DNA of 64,000 nt, taken from the NCBI RefSeq assembly GCF_036636695.1, contig NZ_JAVWNW010000008.1, one strand, 5' to 3'. The notes beneath the pieces were generated by a model, which searched no databases, was not told the DNA's origin, and saw only the letters and a list, made by a program, of their open reading frames with translations. The position numbers and the translations under genes are program-made. Shown piece after piece: positions 29,739 to 37,949 of the stretch; the first letter of the stretch is position 1, and each line of letters opens with the position of its first letter. Source of the stretch: Anaerorhabdus sp. GTDB lineage: Bacteria; Bacillota_I; Bacilli_A; Erysipelotrichales; Erysipelotrichaceae.

Positions 29739-30164
29739 TTATATTTTCTTTACAATTACTTTAGAACCTTCAATACTAAGCACTTCTACTAAAACACCTT
29801 TTTCAATTGATTTAGTATCACTTGAAATTGCGTGCCATTCGACACCTTGTATTTTTACTAGACCCCATTGATCGGGAGTAATTGCCTCTAGTAATTTTGC
29901 TTGTTGACCAATAACACGATCAGCATTTGTTGGTACAATATTTCCCCGTAAATATTTTGTTGCCATTGGACGACATACAATAATAAACAAGATAGATATT
30001 ACAAAGAATACACTAACTTGCCATACGAATGGGAGTCCAATTTCCATAACGATTAGCGCGCCGATAGCTCCTACTGAAAACCAAATAGAAATTAATGCAC
30101 TAACAGTTACAAACTCAAGAATTACGGATCCAACTAATACACATATCCATAACCAAAATTCCAT
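29739..30164 (-). CDS. NfeD family membrane protein
   Basis: Three TM helices plus a C-terminal OB-fold-like domain. Canonical NfeD-SPFH gene pair. Confidence 0.8.
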   Translation of the reverse strand: MEFWLWICVLVGSVILEFVTVSALISIWFSVGAIGALIVMEIGLPFVWQVSVFFVISILFIIVCRPMATKYLRGNIVPTNADRVIGQQAKLLEAITPDQWGLVKIQGVEWHAISSDTKSIEKGVLVEVLSIEGSKVIVKKI

Positions 30165-30174
30165 AATCTATCTC

Positions 30175-30540
30175 CTAGCTAGATTGATTTAAATCAATCA
30201 CTAACATTTTTTCCTTATCATCAAAGTTTGCACTAAACTTTATCCCATTGCAATCCTTTTGAATAAGGGATGATATCTGTTCAAGAACTGTCTTACTACT
30301 TATACGTGCGTATCCTTTTCCAACAGACACCTTGTGAAGTTGGTCGAGAGGAATGATATTTAAATCAATCTCACGTTTTGTGACGGGTCGAATTGCTACC
30401 TTTAGCGTTTTTTTATCTATGCCAATGCAACACCATCGGATGTCACTGAAGTAAGAAGCGGCAGTATTATTCAACGTAAAGTTATTAGGATATAATGTAA
30501 CTATAGATGAATAAGCGTTTCCAGGCATCCATTCAAACAT
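30175..30540 (-). CDS. hypothetical protein (121 aa), first gene of the NfeD-SPFH operon
   Basis: ATG at 30540 follows AAAGGTGGGG on the minus strand. The longer 30636 start has no RBS. I recognise no family. Confidence 0.45.
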   Translation of the reverse strand: MFEWMPGNAYSSIVTLYPNNFTLNNTAASYFSDIRWCCIGIDKKTLKVAIRPVTKREIDLNIIPLDQLHKVSVGKGYARISSKTVLEQISSLIQKDCNGIKFSANFDDKEKMLVIDLNQSS

Positions 30541-30681
30541 AACACCCCACCTTTCTTGAATTAAGTATACCGCATTCATATTGATTTTACAATTCTTATT
30601 TATCTTATTTTTCATAATATTTTGTAATTCTTTCAAAAAATAGTGTTTTCTAGTACAATAGTAAGGAAATGAGGATTGAAA

Positions 30682-31446
30682 ATGGCAAGTATTGAATTAA
30701 TGGGAGTCCATTGTAATTATAGTATTCAAGGCGAAGGGCAAGCAGTTGTGCTTTTACATGGCTGGGGTCAGAACATGCAAATGATGCAAGCAATTCAAAA
30801 CCACCTTGCAAAAGACTTTAAAGTATTTAATTTAGATTTTCCAGGATTTGGACAATCATCAATGCCTCTAACTGCATGGGGTGTATTTGACTATGCAGAA
30901 TTTATTCATGAATTATTAAAAGCGAATCATGTTGAAAATCCTATCTTGATTGGTCATTCATTTGGTTGTCGTGTTGCAATATGCTATGCCTCAAAATATC
31001 CAGTTAAGAAAATGGTATTAACAGGTGCTGCAGGACTTCGTTCAACACCAACACGAGCACAAGAGTTAAAATCTAAGTCATATAAAATAGGAAAGAAACT
31101 AGTCCAAATGACAGGTTCTAAAGCATTAGAAGAATCATTGAAAAATCACTTTGGCTCAGAAGACTATAAAAATACGAGTGGTATATTAAGAGAAATATTT
31201 GTAAAAGTGGTTAATGAAGATTTAATAGATTATCTAGATAAGTTTGATTGCCCAGTACTGTTAGTTTGGGGAGATAAAGATGAAGCAACACCATTATGGA
31301 TGGGGAAAGTAATGGAAGAAAAAATGAAAAACGCAGGTCTTGCGATATTTGAAGGTGATGATCATTATGCGTATTTTCATCAAGCTGCTCGTTTTAATTT
31401 AGTATTAGATGCATTTTTTGTAAAAGATAAGGGGACACAAGCATGA
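30682..31446 (+). CDS. alpha/beta hydrolase
   Basis: HG oxyanion motif (LLHGWG) and nucleophile elbow GHSFGC. Confidence 0.8.
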   Translation: MASIELMGVHCNYSIQGEGQAVVLLHGWGQNMQMMQAIQNHLAKDFKVFNLDFPGFGQSSMPLTAWGVFDYAEFIHELLKANHVENPILIGHSFGCRVAICYASKYPVKKMVLTGAAGLRSTPTRAQELKSKSYKIGKKLVQMTGSKALEESLKNHFGSEDYKNTSGILREIFVKVVNEDLIDYLDKFDCPVLLVWGDKDEATPLWMGKVMEEKMKNAGLAIFEGDDHYAYFHQAARFNLVLDAFFVKDKGTQA

Positions 31447-33032
31447 GTTGGTTAATTATCGTTAACTTTTTATTTGTAATATTATTTCTATTATTATTGT
31501 GGGTACCAATGAAGCGTGCTTTACATATGTTTCAACAAAATCGGTATGAAAGAGAACGCTATAGCGCATGGCTTATCAATAATATAAAAACACAGTATAA
31601 ACAAAATTATATTCCTTTTGTATTGTTGATTGCGATTATCATTGCAGGATTCTTTATGGAAATCGGAATATATCGTATCGTAATGGCACTTATTATTGTG
31701 CTTTGGTTTATTTATTTAATTGTTAAGGAATTGAATCAAGAGTACATAAAACCACTCGTATTTACTGATCGAGTTAAACGCCAATTGGCAGTAATGACAA
31801 TTCTGTATTTAATTATGATGATTGCCATGATGCAATTTCGATTTGAATGGGAATCAGTAATGTTATTCATGTGTACCTATGGTGTATGGTTTATGGTATT
31901 TGTGATGGATTTTATTACTCGTCCAATTGAAGAAACAGTTAAGAAGAAATTTTTAAATGATGCTAAACATCGTTTAGAAGGATTCAATAATATGATAAAG
32001 ATAGGAATTACAGGAAGTTATGGAAAAACATCAAGTAAAAATATCTTACAAGCAATCTTATCAGAAAAGTTCTATTCGCTCATGACACCTGCATCATTTA
32101 ATACGCCAATGGGAATCACACGAACAATTAGGGAACATTTAAAACCAATTCACGAAGTGTTTATTTGCGAAATGGGAGCGGATCATGTCGGTGATATTAA
32201 AGAGTTATGTGACTTCGTTCATCCTAGTATTGGACTTGTGACTTCAATTGGACCACAGCACTTAAATACGTTTGGTTCATTAGAAAATATTATTAAAGAA
32301 AAAATGACTATGATTGAAAGTCTTCCACAAGATGGTGTTGGAATTATCAACAAAGATAATGAGTATATTCGTAACTATAAAATAAACAATACATGCAAAC
32401 TTATAAGTTATGGTATAGCTCAAAGTGATGTAGATTACCATGCAACAAATATTGTATATTCACCAAAAGGAAGTACATTTGTTGTTGTATCAAAAGATGG
32501 AGAACACGAATTTGAAACCCGTTTATTGGGTGAGCATAATATTGCGAATATATGTGCAGCAATTGCAATTGCAAGAGAATTAAAGGTTGAGTGGAAAGAA
32601 CTTCAACAAGCTGTAAAAAAAGTTCAATATGTAGAACATCGTTTAGAACTAAAGAAGATTAATGGATATACCTTCATTGATAATGCATTCAACTCTAATC
32701 CAGTTGGTTCTGCAATGTCATTAGAAGTTATGAAAATGATGCCTAATCGACGTTTTATAATAACACCAGGTATGATTGATTTAGGTGTTCAACAAGATGA
32801 AATTAATAAAGAGTTTGGACGAAAGATGAAAGATAAAGTGGATGAAGTTATTTTGGTCGGTGTCCAACAAACAAAACCTATTGTTGAAGGCTTACAAGAA
32901 GTGGAATTTGACTCGACGCATGTACATGTATGTAAAACAGTGAAGGAAGCATTTGCACTTGTCTATACATTAGCAACGCCAACAGATACCATTTTATTAG
33001 AAAATGATTTACCAGATGCATTCAATAACTAA
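31443..33032 (+). CDS. murF: MurF-like Mur ligase (UDP-MurNAc-tripeptide--D-Ala-D-Ala ligase) with N-terminal multi-TM domain
   Basis: Central domain P-loop GITGSYGKTS. C-terminal MurF-like IDNAFNSNPVGS and ITPGMIDLG motifs. The first ~170 aa are five hydrophobic helices instead of the usual soluble N-domain. Confidence 0.7.
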   Translation: MSWLIIVNFLFVILFLLLLWVPMKRALHMFQQNRYERERYSAWLINNIKTQYKQNYIPFVLLIAIIIAGFFMEIGIYRIVMALIIVLWFIYLIVKELNQEYIKPLVFTDRVKRQLAVMTILYLIMMIAMMQFRFEWESVMLFMCTYGVWFMVFVMDFITRPIEETVKKKFLNDAKHRLEGFNNMIKIGITGSYGKTSSKNILQAILSEKFYSLMTPASFNTPMGITRTIREHLKPIHEVFICEMGADHVGDIKELCDFVHPSIGLVTSIGPQHLNTFGSLENIIKEKMTMIESLPQDGVGIINKDNEYIRNYKINNTCKLISYGIAQSDVDYHATNIVYSPKGSTFVVVSKDGEHEFETRLLGEHNIANICAAIAIARELKVEWKELQQAVKKVQYVEHRLELKKINGYTFIDNAFNSNPVGSAMSLEVMKMMPNRRFIITPGMIDLGVQQDEINKEFGRKMKDKVDEVILVGVQQTKPIVEGLQEVEFDSTHVHVCKTVKEAFALVYTLATPTDTILLENDLPDAFNN

Positions 33033-33034
33033 AG

Positions 33035-33060
33035 AAAAATTAGCTTTCGCTAATTTTTTC
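33035..33060. terminator. hairpin between convergent murF and the AI-2E transporter gene
   Basis: aattagc-tttc-gctaatt flanked by A- and T-tracts. Overlaps the 3' end of the minus-strand gene. Confidence 0.5.
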
Positions 33061-34263
33061 TTCTGCTTTTTCAAGTGTATCAGTAGTAACTATTAATTGT
33101 TGTTTCTTTAGGCGATAATTTACAAATTCACTTAATAAGTTGTAACATACGGCAGTGAATGGAACAGCAATTAACATACCGAATAATCCCCAAATAGAGC
33201 CTAGAATAATGATAGATAATAGAACCCAAATCCCTGGAAGACCAACGGAATTGCCAACGACACGGGGATAAATAACATTACCCTCAAATGTTTGAACAGC
33301 TTGGAAAATAATTACAAACCACACAACATCAAGAAGTGGACGAACAGCGAGAATTAATAAACAACCAAATGCCATTCCAAACATTGCCCCAAACATTGGG
33401 ATGATACTGGTGATAGCGATAACACAACTGATTAACATTGCGAATGGGATGTTAAGTAGTGATAATACTACAAAGTAGATACATCCTAGAATACAAGCTT
33501 CAACAAGTTGACCAGAAATAAAACTATTAAAGATACGATTAGATTCAGTACCAATTTTGAATATACGAAGCGATAATTTATAACCGAAGATTGCGGCAAT
33601 TAATTTGCGGAATTGGCGGATAAATTTTTCTTTGCTTGAAAGTAAATACAAACTAAGCATAAATCCTGTAAACCAGTTAGCAAGTTCACCAGTAAAAGCA
33701 AACACATTGTTAATTAGACTAGTACCAGTACCTATGGCCCAGTTACTCATATTCTTAACAATACTTTCCCAGTTAATATTAAATTGTTTTACAAATTCAT
33801 TGATACTTTGATTATCTAAAGTAATATTCAGTTTATCTAAATTAAAAAACTCAAGAACTGTATTAAAATTGGTAAGAATAGATGTGATATAGTTTGTAGC
33901 ATTCTTAAGTAACAATTGTAAACTGGATACGATCTGTGGAGCTATAATACTGAATAAAACATAAAGTACCAAAGCTGCAAAAATCAAAGTAAGTACAACA
34001 GCAATACCACGAATTTTATTGTAGAACCAATTTTTATTAGGAATCCATTTCTTTAATAATTTCTCAAAAATACGCATGGGAATATTTAATACAAAGGCAA
34101 TTCCAATTGCATAGAAGAGGGGCATAAATAATCGAAATAATTTAGCTAAAAATAAACCGAATCCCGGAATGGCTAGAATGCCAAAGATGAGGAATACGGC
34201 GTAGGTTATTAGAAGCATGGCGGGTTTAATTTTTTTGAAATCTTCTTTATTTAAAGGGTTCAT
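33040..34263 (-). CDS. AI-2E family transporter (PerM/UPF0118)
   Basis: About 8 TM helices and the conserved C-terminal motif region (GNVIYPRVVGNSVGLPG). Confidence 0.85.
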   Translation of the reverse strand: MNPLNKEDFKKIKPAMLLITYAVFLIFGILAIPGFGLFLAKLFRLFMPLFYAIGIAFVLNIPMRIFEKLLKKWIPNKNWFYNKIRGIAVVLTLIFAALVLYVLFSIIAPQIVSSLQLLLKNATNYITSILTNFNTVLEFFNLDKLNITLDNQSINEFVKQFNINWESIVKNMSNWAIGTGTSLINNVFAFTGELANWFTGFMLSLYLLSSKEKFIRQFRKLIAAIFGYKLSLRIFKIGTESNRIFNSFISGQLVEACILGCIYFVVLSLLNIPFAMLISCVIAITSIIPMFGAMFGMAFGCLLILAVRPLLDVVWFVIIFQAVQTFEGNVIYPRVVGNSVGLPGIWVLLSIIILGSIWGLFGMLIAVPFTAVCYNLLSEFVNYRLKKQQLIVTTDTLEKAEEKISES

Positions 34264-34387
34264 AGAGGTCTCCTCAACTATAAATAAACAAATATAGATG
34301 ATAATTTCATCATATTTATCGTCTGCTTATTCTATTATAACGAATTATTTTGTATAATGGTATACGGAAACGTTTGGAGATGAAACA

Positions 34388-35587
34388 ATGAAAATAAAAG
34401 TTGCAGTCCTATTTGGAGGAGAATCAGTTGAACATGAGGTAAGTATTATCTCTGCAAAACAAGCAATGGAAGCATTGGATACTGAAAAGTATGAAATAAT
34501 TCCTATCTATATTTCTAAGAGTCGTGATTTATATTGTGGTGAAGAACTACGTGATTTAACTCAATATAAAGATATGGATGCGTTACTTGCGAAAGTTCCA
34601 CAAGTAGTATTAGTTAAGAAAAATCAAACAGTAACAATTGAACCTGTCAAAAAAGGATTATTTACTAAAGCGATTAATACAATCGATGTAGTTGTACCGG
34701 TAGTACATGGTACAAATGGTGAAGATGGTACTTTGCAAGGTTATTTAGAAATGTTAAAAATACCATATGCTGGATGTGATGTTGTTGCGGCAGCGGTTGG
34801 ACAAGATAAAGTAGTTATGAAACATATGTTTGAAACTGCAAAATTACCAATAACACCTTGGTTTTGGTTTTATGGACATGAATTTGAAGATAAGAAGGAT
34901 GAATACCTTAATAAAGCAAAAGAGTTAGGCTATCCATTAGTCTTAAAGCCTGCATGTCTTGGTTCTTCAGTAGGAATTGTAATTGCACACAATGAAGAAG
35001 AATTCATTGAGGGTTTAGAAGAAGCAGGAACTTTTGATTTCAAGATTGTTGTTGAAAAAATGGTAGATAATCTAAGGGAAATTAACTGTTCAGTATTAGG
35101 TTCATGTTTTAGCGCCAAAGCGAGTGTATTAGAAGAAGTAGGAAAGAACGATGAGATACTTTCTTATAAAGATAAATATCAAGGAGGAGGCTCTAAAGGG
35201 GCTAAATCACAAGGTTCTAAAGGAATGGCAAGTACAACAAGAATAGTGCCAGCACCAGTAAGTGAAGAACAAACAAAGAAAATCCAAGAATTAGCTTTAG
35301 AAGCATTCCACTTATTAGGATCAAGTGGAGTTTGCCGTATTGATTTCATGATGAATGGTAAAACAGATGAAATTATGATCAATGAAATTAATACAATTCC
35401 AGGATCTTTAGCATTCTATTTATGGTCACCAGTAGATGTTGATTTCACAGCATTGATGGATGAATTAATTAGAATTGCATTAGAACGTCATCGTAAGAAA
35501 GAAAAGATGACATTCTCATATGATACAAACCTTTTACAAAATTACTCTGAATCAGGTAGTAAAGGTGCAAAAGGAAGCAAATCTTAG
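34388..35587 (+). CDS. ddl: D-alanine--D-alanine ligase
   Basis: N-terminal VAVLFGGESVEHEVS, ATP-grasp core (GYPLVLKPACLGSSVG), NEINTIPG. Carries a Gly/Ser/Lys insertion in the omega-loop region and a similar C-terminal tail. Confidence 0.9.
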   Translation: MKIKVAVLFGGESVEHEVSIISAKQAMEALDTEKYEIIPIYISKSRDLYCGEELRDLTQYKDMDALLAKVPQVVLVKKNQTVTIEPVKKGLFTKAINTIDVVVPVVHGTNGEDGTLQGYLEMLKIPYAGCDVVAAAVGQDKVVMKHMFETAKLPITPWFWFYGHEFEDKKDEYLNKAKELGYPLVLKPACLGSSVGIVIAHNEEEFIEGLEEAGTFDFKIVVEKMVDNLREINCSVLGSCFSAKASVLEEVGKNDEILSYKDKYQGGGSKGAKSQGSKGMASTTRIVPAPVSEEQTKKIQELALEAFHLLGSSGVCRIDFMMNGKTDEIMINEINTIPGSLAFYLWSPVDVDFTALMDELIRIALERHRKKEKMTFSYDTNLLQNYSESGSKGAKGSKS

Positions 35588-35627
35588 GTAAATTTGATAT
35601 AATCAAATCGAAAGAAGGAGGACTATT

Positions 35628-36341
35628 ATGTCAACACCACATAACGCCGCTGAGAAAGGGCAAATCGCAAAAACAGTATTAATGCCAGGAGATCCACTTC
35701 GTGCAAAATTCATTGCCGAAACATTTTTAGAAAACCCAAAACAATTTAATTCAGTACGTAACATGTTTGGTTACACTGGAACTTATAAGGGTCAAGAAAT
35801 TTCAGTTATGGGTTCTGGTATGGGTATGCCAAGTATTGGAATTTATTCATATGAACTATATACACAATATGATGTAGAAAATATTATTCGTATTGGTTCT
35901 GCAGGCGGCTACACAGAAGATTTAAAAGTATTTGATGTAGTTCTTGCGGATAGTGCATTTAGTGAATCAAGCTATGCAAAAGTACAAAGTGGTTATGCCG
36001 ATGATAAAACATATCCATCAAAAGAATTAAATTCAAAAATTCGTATGGCTTCAGAAAAAGTAGGAATTCCTTTAGTTGAAAGTTGTATCCATTCTTCTGA
36101 TGTATTCTATCGTGAAGGAAATTTGGATTATGTAAAAGATTTAATCAATGTACATGGATGTAAAGCAGTTGAAATGGAAAGCTTTGCATTGTTCCATAAT
36201 GCGAATGTATTAGGAAAACATGCAGCATGTTTAGTAACGATTTCAGATAGCTTTGTATCAAATGAAGTAACGACTGCAGAAGAACGTCAAAACTCATTTA
36301 CAAACATGATGAAAATTGCGTTAGAAGCAGCAATTATGTAA
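35628..36341 (+). CDS. deoD: purine nucleoside phosphorylase, DeoD type
   Basis: TPH...LMPGDPLRAKFIAE N-terminus, GMGMPS and VEMES motifs, 237 aa. Confidence 0.9.
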   Translation: MSTPHNAAEKGQIAKTVLMPGDPLRAKFIAETFLENPKQFNSVRNMFGYTGTYKGQEISVMGSGMGMPSIGIYSYELYTQYDVENIIRIGSAGGYTEDLKVFDVVLADSAFSESSYAKVQSGYADDKTYPSKELNSKIRMASEKVGIPLVESCIHSSDVFYREGNLDYVKDLINVHGCKAVEMESFALFHNANVLGKHAACLVTISDSFVSNEVTTAEERQNSFTNMMKIALEAAIM

Positions 36342-36373
36342 TAAAAAAAGTAGAAAATTTATTAAAAAAGTAC

Positions 36374-36402
36374 TTGCCTTCAAAAATGCTTTATGATACT
36401 AT
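36374..36402 (+). promoter_or_regulatory. candidate promoter of the tRNA-Ser/tRNA-Asp pair
   Basis: TTGCCT, 17 nt, TACTAT, about 25 nt upstream of the tRNA 5' end. Confidence 0.45.
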
Positions 36403-36427
36403 GATATAGCACTGTTAAGTATTACAT

Positions 36428-36518
36428 GAAGAAGTACTCAAGAGGCTGAAGAGGTGCCCCTGCTAAGGGTATAGGTCGGGAAACTGGCGCGAGGGTTCAA
36501 ATCCCTCCTTCTTCGCCA
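36428..36518 (+). tRNA. tRNA-Ser (anticodon GCT)
   Basis: Hand-folded cloverleaf. Acceptor gaagaag/cttcttc, anticodon loop ctGCTaa, long variable arm, T-loop ttcaaat, encoded CCA. 91 nt. Confidence 0.9.
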
Positions 36519-36525
36519 TAATATT

Positions 36526-36601
36526 GGTCTGGTGGTGTAGCGGTTAACATGCCTCCCTGTCACGGAGGAGATCGCGGGTTCGATTCCCGTCCAGACCGCC
36601 A
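36526..36601 (+). tRNA. tRNA-Asp (anticodon GTC)
   Basis: Acceptor ggtctgg/ccagacc, anticodon loop ctGTCac, T-arm gcggg-ttcgatt-cccgt, encoded CCA. 76 nt. Confidence 0.9.
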
Positions 36602-36612
36602 TTAAGTGCATT

Positions 36613-36646
36613 AAACCTGTATCTATTGATACAGGTTTTTTTGTTT
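36613..36646 (+). terminator. intrinsic terminator after the tRNA pair
   Basis: aaacctgtatc-tatt-gatacaggttt followed by TTTTTGTTTT. Confidence 0.75.
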
Positions 36647-36723
36647 TCCTATGAAATAATAAAAAATAGAATAGAAATAATATATAAAGTAGAATATAAC
36701 TTTGGATAAATAAAAACACCCAT

Positions 36724-37227
36724 CTATGTAGATGGATGTGATGAGATAGCTTTCCTTATTTTGTCGAAAGGAAGATGATTCACTAATATTCCAATGAGAA
36801 TACCAATGGATGTATCAATGATTCGTGCAATTGCGAAGTTGATAGGTTTTGAATCTAAATTATGATTAACAGTTACGCTCAAAAAGACAACGCACATAAG
36901 AAAAGTACCATCTTCTTGTTTTATCATTCTTGAGAGTTGAATAATAGGTATCAATAATAAGGATAATAATGAATAGCGCAAGAAGTTATATTGAATAGAT
37001 GGAATTAATTGTTCGATATATAAATAAATAACGCCAATAATTGCACCAATAATTGTAGCGATTTCTCTTTTCTTACCTTCTTTATAACTATCACTCATTG
37101 TTTTTTGGATGCATAAGATAGCAGCAATAGCACTATAAAATGGTATTCCATCAATTCGTAATTCGCCAATCATAAAACATATAAATACTGATATAACAGT
37201 TTTCCATGTTCGCAAACCTATTTTCAT
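36724..37227 (-). CDS. membrane protein, aromatic-acid-exporter/FUSC-like N-terminal-domain family
   Basis: MKIGLRTWKTVISVFI N-terminus typical of ArAE/FUSC-like proteins. Five TM helices. 167 aa. Confidence 0.55.
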   Translation of the reverse strand: MKIGLRTWKTVISVFICFMIGELRIDGIPFYSAIAAILCIQKTMSDSYKEGKKREIATIIGAIIGVIYLYIEQLIPSIQYNFLRYSLLSLLLIPIIQLSRMIKQEDGTFLMCVVFLSVTVNHNLDSKPINFAIARIIDTSIGILIGILVNHLPFDKIRKAISSHPST

Positions 37228-37232
37228 GATGA

Positions 37233-37736
37233 TTAATTTTTATAGATACCTTTCAATGTTGCGGTATCTAGGATATGGCCATTCATGGCATGATGTAATT
37301 CATTTAAATAGAAACCATTTTGTAAATCTAGTTCAATGTCTAATGCATAGACATGAAGTTCATATAAGTGTGGTTGATCGGGTGGCATCATTCCACCATA
37401 ATAACTAGCAGCCTCTTTTGATATTTGACCACCTTGAATACTCGTCCAACTGTTAGTTCCTTGGACAAATTCTTTTGTTGAAATACTTTCATTTGATTGT
37501 ACTTCATCTTTTTTTATGTTTGCGGCTAACCAATGAATCCATACAAATCCACCCGATACGGGATAAGCATCTTTGTCTTCTAATACAATGGCATAAGATT
37601 TTGTATTCTTAGGAGCTTCTTCGATTTTGAAAGGTAATGAATAAGACGGGATGCCATATTCATTTACTTGAGTGCCTCTAACTCCATATTCATCATTTAT
37701 TATGCCTTCAATAATTCCTGTGCTTGTTATTTTCAT
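37233..37736 (-). CDS. YbhB/YbcL (PEBP, Raf-kinase-inhibitor-like) family protein
   Basis: PEBP motifs (YAIVLEDKDA, WIHWLAANI, HLYELHVYALD). RBS AAGGAGG. Confidence 0.8.
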   Translation of the reverse strand: MKITSTGIIEGIINDEYGVRGTQVNEYGIPSYSLPFKIEEAPKNTKSYAIVLEDKDAYPVSGGFVWIHWLAANIKKDEVQSNESISTKEFVQGTNSWTSIQGGQISKEAASYYGGMMPPDQPHLYELHVYALDIELDLQNGFYLNELHHAMNGHILDTATLKGIYKN

Positions 37737-37949
37737 TTTAAATACCTCCTTGTATGCATCAACTATAGCTATGATGAAGCAATAAGTAAATTACCCACTT
37801 TTTTGTATGTATAGACAAAAGGAGTATTTTTATGGAAGCAACATGTGTATTAAAAGTCATGATTACTTTAATTGAATAATACAAGATGCATAGTAATAAT
37901 GAAATTAGTAGAAATACAAAATCTAGAATAACTCCAGAGGAAACATACC

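Noticed and set aside
36438-36719. 93-aa minus-strand ORF in the ORF track
   Set aside because: It runs antisense across tRNA-Ser, tRNA-Asp and their terminator. It has no RBS, and its sequence is dictated by the tRNA complement.
37832-37879. 15-codon micro-ORF (MEATCVLKVMITLIE) with RBS AAAGGAG upstream of the surface-protein gene
   Set aside because: The RBS looks good, but the ORF is very short, I could find no associated secondary structure, and conservation cannot be tested here. It is too weak to call.
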